A DNA stretch of 64,000 nt from Syntrophorhabdaceae bacterium (lineage in GTDB: Bacteria; Desulfobacterota; Syntrophorhabdia; Syntrophorhabdales; Syntrophorhabdaceae), in NCBI GenBank assembly GCA_963665295.1, contig OY762209.1:2208001-2272000 (forward strand), written 5' to 3'. A program made the translations under genes and the position numbers. The notes under the pieces were generated by a model. The model made no database searches. It was not told where the DNA came from and saw nothing but the letters and a program-made list of their open reading frames with translations. Shown in pieces: positions 9,639 to 19,479 of the stretch (positions are counted from its first letter, which is position 1; every line of letters starts with the position of its first letter).

Positions 9639-10361
9639 ATGGACCTTGGACAAATGTTTGGCGGCGCGTTCTTTTTCGGACTTCTCAATATCATCTTCAT
9701 CAACATCATCCTTTCCGGAGACAACGCGGTAGTCATCGCCATGGCAGTGAGATCCCTCCCGAAGAAGGAGAGACAGTGGGGCATCATACTGGGGACCGCC
9801 GGCGCGGTGATACTCAGGATAGGCCTCACCTTTGTGGCAGCCAAACTCCTGGAGGTCTCCTTCGTTAAGCTCGCGGGAGGACTCCTTATCCTTTGGATTG
9901 CCTTCAAACTCCTTATCCCTGAACCGGAAGGGGAGAATGTAAAGGAGGTACACGGTCTGCGCCAGGCCATTATCACCATACTTATGGCAGACCTCGTGAT
10001 GAGCCTCGACAACGTCCTCGGCGTCGCGGGAGCGGCAAACGGCAACCTCCTCCTCCTTTTGATCGGACTTGCCACGAGCATCCCCATAGTGGTATTTGCG
10101 AGCAACATCATAACGAGACTTATGGACCGGTTCCCCTCCATCGTCCTCCTCGGGGCCGCGGTATTGGGAAGGGTCGCAGGAGAGATGATCATGAGCGATC
10201 CCTGGATGGTCCGCTCCGTTTTTCACGGACACCCGAGTCGTGTCCTCGACTACGCGGTGCAACTCGTCCTCGCGGTGGGGGTCGTAGTGGCGGCGAAGGT
10301 GTGGGTGAAATGGCGTGTTGCGAAGGAAGAACGAGCCCCTGTGTTTACCAAAGGGCTGTGA
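9639..10361 (+). CDS. TerC/YjbE-family integral membrane protein
   Basis: LSGDNAVVIAMA and ADLVMSLDNVLGVAGAA motifs; multiple TM segments; GAGGAGG RBS. Confidence 0.9.
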   Translation: MDLGQMFGGAFFFGLLNIIFINIILSGDNAVVIAMAVRSLPKKERQWGIILGTAGAVILRIGLTFVAAKLLEVSFVKLAGGLLILWIAFKLLIPEPEGENVKEVHGLRQAIITILMADLVMSLDNVLGVAGAANGNLLLLLIGLATSIPIVVFASNIITRLMDRFPSIVLLGAAVLGRVAGEMIMSDPWMVRSVFHGHPSRVLDYAVQLVLAVGVVVAAKVWVKWRVAKEERAPVFTKGL

Positions 10362-10388
10362 CATAAACAATACTGCGGGAGGCCTTGA

Positions 10389-10850
10389 ATGAGAAGATCA
10401 CTAATTTGCCTCACATTGATCGGGTTGGTTATTCTGGGAGCGGTCCATTTGGCCGGGGCCGCGACACAACAGGATGCGAAAGAACTTGCGGAGAAGGCCG
10501 TCCAATACTGGGCGTCCCAGGGAAAGGAAAAGGCTATTGCCGAATTCAACAACCAGAAGGGTTCCTTCGTCAAGGGCGACCTCTATGTAGTTGTCCTTGA
10601 TTTCAATGGCCTTGTCCTCGCTCACGGAGGAAATCCCGTGCTTACCGGGATCAACCTTCTCCCTCAGAAAGACGCGACCAGCAACAAGCTGTTTGTAAAG
10701 GAACAGATCGAGATCGCAAAAACCAAGGGCAGCGGCTGGACCTCGTACACATGGACAAACCCTGTGACAAAGAAGGTACAGTTGAAAAAGTCCTGGGTCC
10801 AGAGGATTGAAAGCACCGATTCCTACGTGGTGTGCGGCGTGTTCCAATAA
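10389..10850 (+). CDS. Stand-alone periplasmic single Cache-domain protein
   Basis: Signal peptide; FVKGDLYVVV...LAHG...G.N...KD...GSGW..YTWTNP...KKSWV. Confidence 0.85.
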   Translation: MRRSLICLTLIGLVILGAVHLAGAATQQDAKELAEKAVQYWASQGKEKAIAEFNNQKGSFVKGDLYVVVLDFNGLVLAHGGNPVLTGINLLPQKDATSNKLFVKEQIEIAKTKGSGWTSYTWTNPVTKKVQLKKSWVQRIESTDSYVVCGVFQ

Positions 10851-11017
10851 TAGATACGTAAATACCTACCTCCATAGCGCCCAACATAATACCATCCCGC
10901 CTCCCCGGATCCCCGACCGGTCCGGGGAGGCACCCCCGAAAATAACAAACCTTCGCCGCCGGTTGTGAAATGAAGCACTATTTCCTTCTTTGACCGGATT
11001 GATGTATATTAAGGCAT

Positions 11018-11845
11018 ATGGACCACGGATTACCTGAAAACCGCCAGACCGCAGGGCGAAGAGGGGTCGCGTTCCTGACCGGCCTGTTCCTGATCCTTTT
11101 TCCCCTCCTCCTTCTCGCCGAACCGACGCGCTTCGCCGTGGTGACCGATACCCACGTCGGATCATCCGATTCGGTGTATCCCGCCTTTATCAGGATCATG
11201 GAAGACCGGAAGATAGAGGTCATCTTCCATACGGGAGACGCCATAGATACTCCCGGGAGCGTTCGCCAGTGGAAGAAGTTCCTCGAAATCACGGGACCGG
11301 GCAAAACGCTCTACCTTACGCCCGGGAACCACGACATTCACGGCCCCCGCTCATTCGCCGCGTACCTCAAGTTTTTCCCCAAGCCGTACTATTCCGTTTC
11401 CGACGGCGATACTCTTTTTGTCTTGCTGAATACGGAGCTTCCCGGAGAGGAGAGCAGGGTGACGGGTGACCAGTTCGAATGGCTTAAGGGGGAATTGGAA
11501 CGGCCCTTCCGTTATAAATTCGTCTTCCTCCATGAGCCCCTCTTTCCCCTCGTATCGGGCCACGCCCTTGACCGTCACAAAGAAGCAAGAGACCGGCTGC
11601 ACGGACTCCTTGTACGAAAGAAGGTCGATCTTGTCGTTTCCGGCCACGACCACCTCTATTTCCGGCGCGAGAGGGACGGCATTACCTATATCATCGGCGC
11701 GGCTGCCGGCGGGAATCTCAACCACTTCCCCAAGGATAGCGATTTCTTCCGTTACATCGTTGCCACCAGGAAGAACGGCGGCTACGAGTTTGTGGTGAAG
11801 GACCTTGGAGGGGGCACGAGAGATGAGTTCGTGGTGGAGCGATGA
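11018..11845 (+). CDS. Calcineurin-like metallophosphoesterase, exported
   Basis: DTH, GD, GNHD, H and GHDH motifs; N-terminal hydrophobic segment. Confidence 0.88.
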   Translation: MDHGLPENRQTAGRRGVAFLTGLFLILFPLLLLAEPTRFAVVTDTHVGSSDSVYPAFIRIMEDRKIEVIFHTGDAIDTPGSVRQWKKFLEITGPGKTLYLTPGNHDIHGPRSFAAYLKFFPKPYYSVSDGDTLFVLLNTELPGEESRVTGDQFEWLKGELERPFRYKFVFLHEPLFPLVSGHALDRHKEARDRLHGLLVRKKVDLVVSGHDHLYFRRERDGITYIIGAAAGGNLNHFPKDSDFFRYIVATRKNGGYEFVVKDLGGGTRDEFVVER

Positions 11846-11877
11846 TTGTTTTGCCCGGATAGAAGGGGGTAACGCGG

Positions 11878-12228
11878 TCAGCGGGGACCGGGCGTGCCTG
11901 CTTTAAACCGTACCGTGTTGGAGAAGCTGCTTTTGTCGGGTTCAACGGAAACGAATCCTTTGACCGTGCAATGGCCTTTCTGCACCTCCTTCAGAAAAGA
12001 CTGTGAAATAACCCCGTCGGCTTTAATGACCACCTTTTCCTTCCCGAGATCGTAGGTAATGAGATTCCCCTCCACGGAAACCACCCGGCGAGCCTCCAGG
12101 GTGATGGTGGAACGGCTTTCCTTGGGAAAAGGCATTTCCGGCAGTCCTTCCTTGTAGCAGGTGTTGTTCCACGCAAATGAGGGGGACGCGAAAAGAAGGA
12201 TTGCTCCGAAAACGACAAAACGGTTCAT
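11878..12228 (-). CDS. Hypothetical exported protein
   Basis: Signal-peptide-like N-terminus MNRFVVFGAILLFASPSFA; TGcTATAAT 6 nt upstream of the ATG. Confidence 0.6.
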   Translation of the reverse strand: MNRFVVFGAILLFASPSFAWNNTCYKEGLPEMPFPKESRSTITLEARRVVSVEGNLITYDLGKEKVVIKADGVISQSFLKEVQKGHCTVKGFVSVEPDKSSFSNTVRFKAGTPGPR

Positions 12229-12268
12229 GGCATTATTATAGCACACAACGGGGTATGATTCCTGTTTT

Positions 12269-13570
12269 CTAAGGCATGAGTTTTGCGCGCACGAGCCGGA
12301 TCACACGCTCCAGGTCTTCGTCCCGGGCCAGGGAAACGTCGATCCTCTTGTCTCTTGCGAAGGGCTGAAGGGCGCGGACCAGGTCTTCCGAAAGGCGTCC
12401 GTACTGGCCCATGAAGGCTTGAAGCCTGGAATTGAGGCTGAATATGAGCTTCTCTCTTTTGGGGAGAAAGAGGTATCCGTTTACGGCCTCGAGGAGCCTC
12501 ATGCGGTCCTCGGGCAGATTCCCGAAGAGATCGAGGAGGTTGGACGCGCTGTCGCTCAGGATCTCCGTGGGGACGTCTATCTCTTCGATCAGTATCTTGA
12601 GTTCCCTTACCACCTGCTCTTCGTCGCATATCACGAAAGAGCCCTTCTTCACCGCATCTTCGAGGGGTGTGCCGGGGAATACCTCGAGGGTCCTGAGGCG
12701 TATGAAATCGGGACGGATCGCGTTTATGACCTCCGCGGTCTCGTGGGCGTGTTCTTCGGAAAGGGCCTTGCCTCCGAGGCCGGGCATGACGTATATGGAG
12801 CAGGAGAGCCCCGCCTCTTTTGTCTTCAGACATCCTTCGATATGGTCCGCCCTTGTGGCGCCCTTGGCAATGAGGTCGAGGACGCGGTCGCTCCCGGTTT
12901 CGAGCCCGAAATGGACCCGGTGAAGACCCGCCTCGCGAAAGGCCCTCAGTTCCTCCAGGGACCTGAGCCGCGCCGCGGAGCTGGTCCTCCCGTAGATGGT
13001 GAAGCGTCTGAGAGTGGGGAAATTGAGCCGTACCCGCTCGATCACGGGAGCAAGGAAATCGCGCTTCATGATAAGGCCGTCCGAATCGCCGAGGAAACAG
13101 GTCTCGCCTCCTGCCATGCGCCAGGTAAGGATATGACCCACACTGTCTTCTATAGTCGGTTTCTCTTTGAACCAGGAATGGAACCAGGCGAGCCTCTCGT
13201 CGGCATCCGGCGGCTTCACGGTCTCCGCGTCTTGCCCTTCATTCATCGGGTGACCGGCCGCCCTCTTTGCCGCGTATATCTGTTCCACGATGTACCGGAC
13301 CCGGCCGTAGTCGTTTTCGGAGTAATCGGGCATGCCGATACCCCGCTCCGATATGAGGTCGTCGATTCTTTTGGCGCGCCGGATATCTTCCAAGACTTCC
13401 TGGAGGGTCCTCTTCGAAAACCGGACGCCGTATTTGTATACGGGGCAGAAGGCGCACTTGTTCCAGTAACAGTTTCTTGTCAGTCTGAAGGTGAGGCTGT
13501 AGTTCTCCGTGGGAGGCCTTATGGAACATATTTCAAATGGCTCGATCTCGAGAAAATCCACGGTGGACAC
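12269..13570 (-). CDS. Radical SAM protein
   Basis: IRPPTE...CYWNKCAFC; FLGDSD, HFGLETG, YVMPGLGG. Confidence 0.88.
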   Translation of the reverse strand: MSTVDFLEIEPFEICSIRPPTENYSLTFRLTRNCYWNKCAFCPVYKYGVRFSKRTLQEVLEDIRRAKRIDDLISERGIGMPDYSENDYGRVRYIVEQIYAAKRAAGHPMNEGQDAETVKPPDADERLAWFHSWFKEKPTIEDSVGHILTWRMAGGETCFLGDSDGLIMKRDFLAPVIERVRLNFPTLRRFTIYGRTSSAARLRSLEELRAFREAGLHRVHFGLETGSDRVLDLIAKGATRADHIEGCLKTKEAGLSCSIYVMPGLGGKALSEEHAHETAEVINAIRPDFIRLRTLEVFPGTPLEDAVKKGSFVICDEEQVVRELKILIEEIDVPTEILSDSASNLLDLFGNLPEDRMRLLEAVNGYLFLPKREKLIFSLNSRLQAFMGQYGRLSEDLVRALQPFARDKRIDVSLARDEDLERVIRLVRAKLMP

Positions 13571-13674
13571 GTCTATTTTATACCCGGTAAGGAGAATATT
13601 TTCAAGGGTTAACTCCTGGAGCCGGTGCGTCGCGAAGTCCGGGCGTCCCTCGAGCCGTTACCCTGCCCGAGGCG

Positions 13675-15215
13675 TCACTTTCTTCTGCCGAAGGGTATCT
13701 TCAGTTTTCTCATCCTGTTTCTCAAGGTCGCGGGGTTTATCCCGAGCATCTCCGCTGCGCCCCCCTTGCCCTCGATCTTTCCCGAACTTATTTCCAGGGC
13801 CCTCCGGATGTGCCTTGACTCCATGTCCATGAGGGTCGCTATGCTTTCAGGGCTGCTGCGGAGGGCGTTTTCCCCGAGGTTGAGGATACTGCCGAAGGAG
13901 AGCGGGCTGCCGTGGGAGAGAATGATCGCCCTCTCTACGGCGTTCTCCAGTTCCCTCACATTGCCGGGCCAGTCGTAGGCCAGGAGGTCGTCTATCGCTC
14001 CTTTGGCGAGGGAAGGGATGGCGGGCAGCACCATCTCTCTCGATTTCTTCAGGATGAAGTGCTGCACGAGGGCCAGGATGTCGCTTTTTCGCTGGCGCAG
14101 GGGAGGGACGACGATGGGGAAGACACCCACCCGGAAGTAGAGGTCTTCACGAAACTGCCCCCGGGCGACCAGTTCCTCCAGCTTTCTGTTCGTGGCCGAT
14201 ATGACCCTCACGTCGATCCTGATAGTCGCCGCGCCTCCTACCCGTTCGATCTCCTTCTCCTGGAGCACCCTCAGGAACCGCACCTGCGCCTGGAGCGGAA
14301 GCTCTCCGATCTCGTCCAGGAAGATGGTGCCTCCGTGGGCACGTTCGAAACGCCCTCTCTTCTGGGATACGGCGCCGGTGAAGGCCCCTTTTCGTGGCCG
14401 AAAAGCTCGCTGTCTATGAGGGTCTCGGGTATGGCGCCGCAGTTCACCTTGATTATCGGTCCGTGGCTTCGCGGGGACAGGCTGTGGATAGCGTTGGCAA
14501 TCACTTCCTTTCCCGTCCCTGTTTCGCCTATGAGCAGTACGGGGCTTTGCAGAGGCGCCACGGTCCGCACATTCTCCATCACGTGCCTGAGTCCGAAATC
14601 GGCGCCCACCACCTCCATGCCCAGCTTGTTTCTAAGCTCGTTCTGAAGGTAATTCCGGTCATCCGCGAGCAGGTCCTTTCTGATAGAAAGCTCGCGATAG
14701 CGCTCGCTGTTTGCCAGTGCCACGGCGGCGGGTTCGTTCACGAGAGCCCAAAGACGGATGTCCCGCTCACTGTAACGTCCTATCCCCGTAGCCCGCACGC
14801 TCAAGGCCCCCACGTAACTGCCCTCTATGACAAGGCGGTCCACGATGATCGATGAGGGCGGCCAGTTCCGGCGGCGGGCGAGATTACCGAGAAAGGGGTC
14901 TTCGCGGGCATTGCGGGCGGCCCTCACCCGTGGATGCCTGTCTACCTGTTCCAGTTCCTTTTTCAGGGCAGGGGACAGAAGGACTTCTTCCGTCTCAGGT
15001 TCCTCCGTGCTCCCCGACGCGGTGGCCACAACCCGGAGGGAACCGTGGCGGGCGTCGTACACGCTCAGGACCAGCTCATCGGCAGGCATTACCGTGCGGA
15101 CGTAGTCGAGGCAATTCCGGAGGGCCTTTCCGATTTCGAGACTGCCGCAGATTCTGAGCGTAACCTCCCGAAAGAACTGAGCGTTATCCACAAAGGCATA
15201 ATCGGTTTCTTCCAT
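13675..15215 (-). pseudogene. GAF-AAA+-HTH sigma54 activator (FhlA/NifA-like), frameshifted
   Basis: Upstream ORF has GETGTGKE and SELFGHEKG, then loses frame; adding one G to the run at 14385-14388 restores GAFTGA...FLDEIGEL...LRVLQE...FREDLYFR...[10 protein letters not shown] and the HTH. Confidence 0.85.
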
Positions 15216-15233
15216 ATGCGACAGTCTACCATG

Positions 15234-15339
15234 TTTCCGGCTTATATGACAGGTATTTCCGGCTTATATGACGGAATGACGGCAGTCCTCATCGTAACAC
15301 ATGAATATTACACATGTTGGCCACTGGTACGGTTTTTGC
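15234..15339 (+). promoter_or_regulatory. sigma54 promoter plus 17-bp direct-repeat activator sites
   Basis: TGGTACGGTTTTTGC (GG 15326, GC 15338); TTTCCGGCTTATATGAC at 15234 and 15256. Confidence 0.75.
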
Positions 15340-15351
15340 CTGAAGTAAGGT

Positions 15352-15711
15352 ATGAAATGGATTGAAGTGATCAGGCTGAGGAGTGAACCTGCCCGGGAGA
15401 CGGACGCAGCAGAGTGGCTCAAATACGCGGTCCGGGAATTTGAGGGCAGGGAGCACCTCCTGTCGGCAACGGTGTTGAGCCGGGTGGGTGTCACCGGCGA
15501 TATCAGCGTTCACCTTGAATGGGAGTTTGACTCCATCCCCGTCAAGGGCAGCGACACAGGCCTGGAAATAGCCCATGCCCTCGGTAGTTTCGGGTTACTG
15601 GACCATTCCGTGTGGGCTGAGAGACTGTATGAAGGCGCGCAGACAACGGCCGGGGGAGAGCGCGGAAAGAGGCCTGATTGGAAAAGAGGGGGCCGCTCGC
15701 AAAAGGCGTGA
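15352..15711 (+). CDS. Conserved hypothetical protein, first gene of the sigma54 operon
   Basis: MKWIEVIRLRS...FGLLDHSVW; directly follows the sigma54 promoter. Confidence 0.6.
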   Translation: MKWIEVIRLRSEPARETDAAEWLKYAVREFEGREHLLSATVLSRVGVTGDISVHLEWEFDSIPVKGSDTGLEIAHALGSFGLLDHSVWAERLYEGAQTTAGGERGKRPDWKRGGRSQKA

Positions 15712-15746
15712 AGGCATCGAGCCCGGGCGCCATCAAGGAGGGACAG

Positions 15747-17291
15747 ATGAAAGAAGAGAAAAAGACGGTTCAGGAGAAGAAAGGAATGACGAGACGGGGC
15801 TTTCTCGCGACGACCCTGGTGGCCGCGGCGGGAAGCGGCCTGGCCCTCAACCTGATGAAAGGCGAGGCTGAGGCTGCGGCAAGGAAGTTGCCGGCCAAGT
15901 GGGACGAGACCATCGACGTGGTGGTAATCGGTTCGGGGTTCGCGGGACTCGCCGCCGCAGCGGAAGCGGCGGGAAAAGGCGCACGGACGGTGATCCTGGA
16001 GAAGATGCCCACCTACGGCGGCAACTCTATCATAAACGGCGGTGTCTATGCATCGTGGGATGACGAGTACCACCTGCGCCGGAAACTGGGTCTCGGCGAA
16101 GACAGCGCCAAGCAACACGCCCAGGATACTCTGAAGGGCGGCGACTATTACAATATCCCCGAGCTCGTCAACAACCTGACTGAAAATGCGTCGCAGGCCC
16201 TGAACTGGATGATCGACGAGGGCGGCGCCAAGATCCGGGACGCCCTGACCCGGGCCGGCGGCCACAGCGCGTACAGGACTCATACGGTAGAGGAAGGCGT
16301 GGGGAAAGGCTTCACGGACCCGCTCCGAAAGATAGCAGAGAAACGGGGGGCCAAGATACGGCTCAACAACAAGCTTCTCTGGATCTGGCGGAAGGATACG
16401 GAAGGCCCCATTCTGGGCGTTGAAGTGGAGACGCCCAAGGGAAAGAAGAACATCAAGATCAAAAAGGCCCTGATCATGGCGTCGGGTGGTTTCAGCCGTG
16501 ACATCAAGATGCGTCAGGCCTTCAACCCCTCCATCGTCCCCGAGTACAACAGCACGAACCAGCCGGGCGCGACGGGTGAGACAATCCGATATGCACAGGC
16601 CATCGGGGCGGACGCGCTCCAACTCGCCTTTATTCAGCTTTACCCTTTTGCCGAGCCGGAGACGGGTATACTCGACAACCCCGCGGTCTACCCGTTCAAC
16701 GGTGTAGGTTATGGACTCGTGTACGTTGACAAGAACGGCAAGAGGTTCGTGAATGAACTCGAAAGGCGGGATGTCTGCTCCATGGCCCAAATAAAACTTG
16801 GCCTGAGGCCCACATACTCCATTTTCAGCGAAGCCATGATCGGGAAGATGGGCGGCACCATGGAGGAGGTCCAAAAGGGCATGGCAAAGGGACGGTTCGT
16901 CAAGGCTGCAACCATGGACGAACTGGCGCAGAAACTCAACATACCCGCGGCGGCGCTTAAGGAGACCATCGCGAAGCACAACAAGTACCTGAAGGACGGC
17001 AAAGACCCGGACTTCAATAAACCCATCACAAAGGTAATGATTCCCCTGGAGACCGGACCATTCTATGCGGTTGCCCAGTGGCCCGCAGTTCACCATTGCA
17101 TGGGAGGTATAAGGATCAACGGTAAGACCCAGGTAGTCGACATCTGGGGGAATGTGATCCCCAGACTTTATGCGGCGGGAGAGTTTACCGGAGGCGTCCA
17201 CGGCTCCAACAGGCTCGGCAGCAACGCAATCCCTGATTGCGTCGTGCACGGGCGCATCGCGGGGGTCAACGCGGCAGCGGAAAAGGAGTAA
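15747..17291 (+). CDS. Tat-exported flavocytochrome c flavin subunit (FccA/UrdA/Mrd family)
   Basis: TRRGFL twin-arginine signal; VVVIGSGFAG FAD motif; GGNS; GKRFVNE; HHCMGG; LYAAGE; NRLGSNA. Confidence 0.9.
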   Translation: MKEEKKTVQEKKGMTRRGFLATTLVAAAGSGLALNLMKGEAEAAARKLPAKWDETIDVVVIGSGFAGLAAAAEAAGKGARTVILEKMPTYGGNSIINGGVYASWDDEYHLRRKLGLGEDSAKQHAQDTLKGGDYYNIPELVNNLTENASQALNWMIDEGGAKIRDALTRAGGHSAYRTHTVEEGVGKGFTDPLRKIAEKRGAKIRLNNKLLWIWRKDTEGPILGVEVETPKGKKNIKIKKALIMASGGFSRDIKMRQAFNPSIVPEYNSTNQPGATGETIRYAQAIGADALQLAFIQLYPFAEPETGILDNPAVYPFNGVGYGLVYVDKNGKRFVNELERRDVCSMAQIKLGLRPTYSIFSEAMIGKMGGTMEEVQKGMAKGRFVKAATMDELAQKLNIPAAALKETIAKHNKYLKDGKDPDFNKPITKVMIPLETGPFYAVAQWPAVHHCMGGIRINGKTQVVDIWGNVIPRLYAAGEFTGGVHGSNRLGSNAIPDCVVHGRIAGVNAAAEKE

Positions 17292-17354
17292 GGAAATAAT
17301 ACACCCTGGGGCCGGAAGGGAGACCCGGCCCCTTACGATAAAGAGGGAGCGCCC

Positions 17355-18056
17355 ATGAAAAAGCTACTTCTCATACCGGTCATGCTTTGCCTGACTATTA
17401 CATCACCCCTCTCGGTCCACGGCAAACAGGGTCCGGAAAAGCAGGGTATGGCCTCATGCATATCGTGTCACTCCGATTTTTCATCGGTGCTCCCCAAAAA
17501 ACACAAACCGGTCAGGAGCGGCGACATTACCGCCTGCGTCGCCTGTCACAAGCCCGACTTTGCGGGCAACGCGGAGCCGAAGCCGTACTCGGCGTCCATA
17601 CACCGTCCCCATGTAAAACGCGGTGCCAAAACCGATTGCACCCTCTGTCATACGTGGGTGCCGGGAAAGCGGTTCGGCGTCAAGGGTGTGAAGACCGGGC
17701 AATGGGTAGTGTCGAAAGCCGGGATGGACGGGCTCAAGGCAGCCTTCGACTCGTGGGCGGGATCGACGCACCTTGACGCGGCCCATGGCAAGGCCGGGAT
17801 CGTCTGCCTCGCGTGTCACGGGAAGACCCTGCCGGAGCAGGGGGATACGGTCGAAAACGAGCGTTGCCTCGCCTGTCACGGCAGCCTTGAGTCTCTTGCC
17901 GCCAGGAGTGCGCCGAAGGACTTTCCCGACCGCAACCCCCATAAGTCGCACCTTGGGGAGATCGCCTGCACCGTCTGTCACCACGGGCATATGCCGTCAA
18001 AGGTCTACTGCCTTGGATGCCATTCCAGGTTCAACATGAAGATTCCCGGCAATTGA
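17355..18056 (+). CDS. Periplasmic multiheme cytochrome c (7 CxxCH)
   Basis: CISCH, CVACH, CTLCH, CLACH, CLACH, CTVCH, CLGCH; signal peptide; NPHKSH. Confidence 0.9.
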   Translation: MKKLLLIPVMLCLTITSPLSVHGKQGPEKQGMASCISCHSDFSSVLPKKHKPVRSGDITACVACHKPDFAGNAEPKPYSASIHRPHVKRGAKTDCTLCHTWVPGKRFGVKGVKTGQWVVSKAGMDGLKAAFDSWAGSTHLDAAHGKAGIVCLACHGKTLPEQGDTVENERCLACHGSLESLAARSAPKDFPDRNPHKSHLGEIACTVCHHGHMPSKVYCLGCHSRFNMKIPGN

Positions 18057-18097
18057 CGGGGGACACAGGGACAGGATCATAACGCAAGGAGGTACGT

Positions 18098-18280
18098 ATG
18101 TTTGGATTGGGTATGCCTGAGCTTCTCGTGGTAATGGTGATAATCCTTCTCGTTTTCGGTGCGGGAAAGCTTCCCGAGATAGGGGGAGCCATAGGAAAAG
18201 GCATCAGGGGTTTCAAGACCTCCCTGGCGGAACCGGAGAAGGTTCACACGGTGAGGAAGGACGAGGAACGGGATGGATGA
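18098..18280 (+). CDS. tatA: Twin-arginine translocase TatA/TatE
   Basis: MFGLGMPELLVV...LVFGAGKLPEIGGAIGKGIRGFK; AAGGAGG RBS. Confidence 0.93.
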   Translation: MFGLGMPELLVVMVIILLVFGAGKLPEIGGAIGKGIRGFKTSLAEPEKVHTVRKDEERDG

Positions 18281-18344
18281 GAAGAGGTACGGGGCAAACA
18301 TGGTGGATTCCTGAGCCCCCCCGTGGGGCGGAGAACCCATCCCG

Positions 18345-19460
18345 TCATCTTCCCTTGTTCAGCATGGCCCGGCCCGCGTCGAGGCCGATCATGAGGTGGG
18401 TAAATTCGGAAATGTGGCGTGCCCCGTGGGGTACGTGGATATCCACGAGACCCCGGTAAGGGGCGAGCAACGAAACCGTATCCATGTAAATGCCGCCTTC
18501 CCTTTTCACATATTCCACGAGTTCCCGGTCCATGGAGCCCTTGAAACTGCTCCCGTCCACATCGGGTATGTCTACCACGATAAAACCGATCCCCTGTGAC
18601 TTGCAGAAGGTCATCATCCGGCCTATGAGCAGCCTGGCGAGGTCTATTTCGTAAGTCGAACGGGTGGACCTGGGCAGGGCGTGTTCCACTCTTTCCTGCT
18701 CAGCCCGCCGGTCTTTGACGAACTTCCATATATGGTTGAAGAGAAAGGAATAGAGATATGAATGCTCGCTGAGTTTCCGGATGATGTAAAACTCGTTGAT
18801 CCGGTTCAATATTCCTACTCCCGGTATATAGACCTTTTTGTTAAGGACAAGGGCCCCGTTGCGTATGGTGAAGAGGTTCGCCCTCACATTATCCTCGTAG
18901 TCGTTTGCAAAGAACCCCAGCACTATATAGTCGGGCTTGTATTTGACCGCTTCGTGTTCGAGGAGGATAAGTTCCTCCGAGGTGCTGTAGCCGGAGACGC
19001 CCATGTTGTAGACTTCCGCCTTCAACCCCTCCCTGTTCAGAAATCGCTGGATAATGGCGGAGAAGGTGAACTCCTGTCTTGCCTCGAAGCCCTCCGTATT
19101 CGAATCTCCGAGGCAAATCACCCGCAGAGTGCCCGGTTCCTTGGGGTAGGCAAAATCGAAGTTGTCCCTGAAGCCCTGCGAGTTTGTCGTGAACTTCCAT
19201 ATACCGTCCGCGCTTCTGTGCCGGAACACGGCGTTGGGCCTCAGCCTCCGTATGGTAAACCCGTCATAGGTCGCATCCGTATGATATCGCGGGAAAAGGG
19301 CCATGTCTCTCGCGAAGAGGATTCTTACCACGATCTCGCAGAACATGAGGGCACAGAAGACCGTGACAACCAGGAGCGCGACGTTTAAGAGCAATTGCCT
19401 GGAAGGTGTGCGTTTCGCTCCGGGGCCCTTTTCGGGCGGTCTTTCGGGCATGAGCCTCAC
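18345..19460 (-). CDS. Membrane-anchored SGNH/GDSL hydrolase-family protein
   Basis: TM + TNSQGFRD + LGDSNTEG + NMGVSGY + FFAND + late His. Confidence 0.8.
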   Translation of the reverse strand: MRLMPERPPEKGPGAKRTPSRQLLLNVALLVVTVFCALMFCEIVVRILFARDMALFPRYHTDATYDGFTIRRLRPNAVFRHRSADGIWKFTTNSQGFRDNFDFAYPKEPGTLRVICLGDSNTEGFEARQEFTFSAIIQRFLNREGLKAEVYNMGVSGYSTSEELILLEHEAVKYKPDYIVLGFFANDYEDNVRANLFTIRNGALVLNKKVYIPGVGILNRINEFYIIRKLSEHSYLYSFLFNHIWKFVKDRRAEQERVEHALPRSTRSTYEIDLARLLIGRMMTFCKSQGIGFIVVDIPDVDGSSFKGSMDRELVEYVKREGGIYMDTVSLLAPYRGLVDIHVPHGARHISEFTHLMIGLDAGRAMLNKGR

Positions 19461-19479
19461 GTTGTGGTAATATCCTGCT

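Noticed and set aside
15510..17249. Long antisense ORFs (also 27828-29234, 39780-41084, 56037-57413, 12419-13612, 6122-7408)
   Set aside because: They are shadows of well-supported genes on the opposite strand, expected in GC-rich DNA, and contain no recognisable motifs
15747..17291. Calling the flavoprotein fumarate reductase or definitively urocanate reductase
   Set aside because: The His that binds the fumarate C4 carboxylate is Tyr, and I could not place the imidazole-binding acidic residues of UrdA, so the substrate is left open
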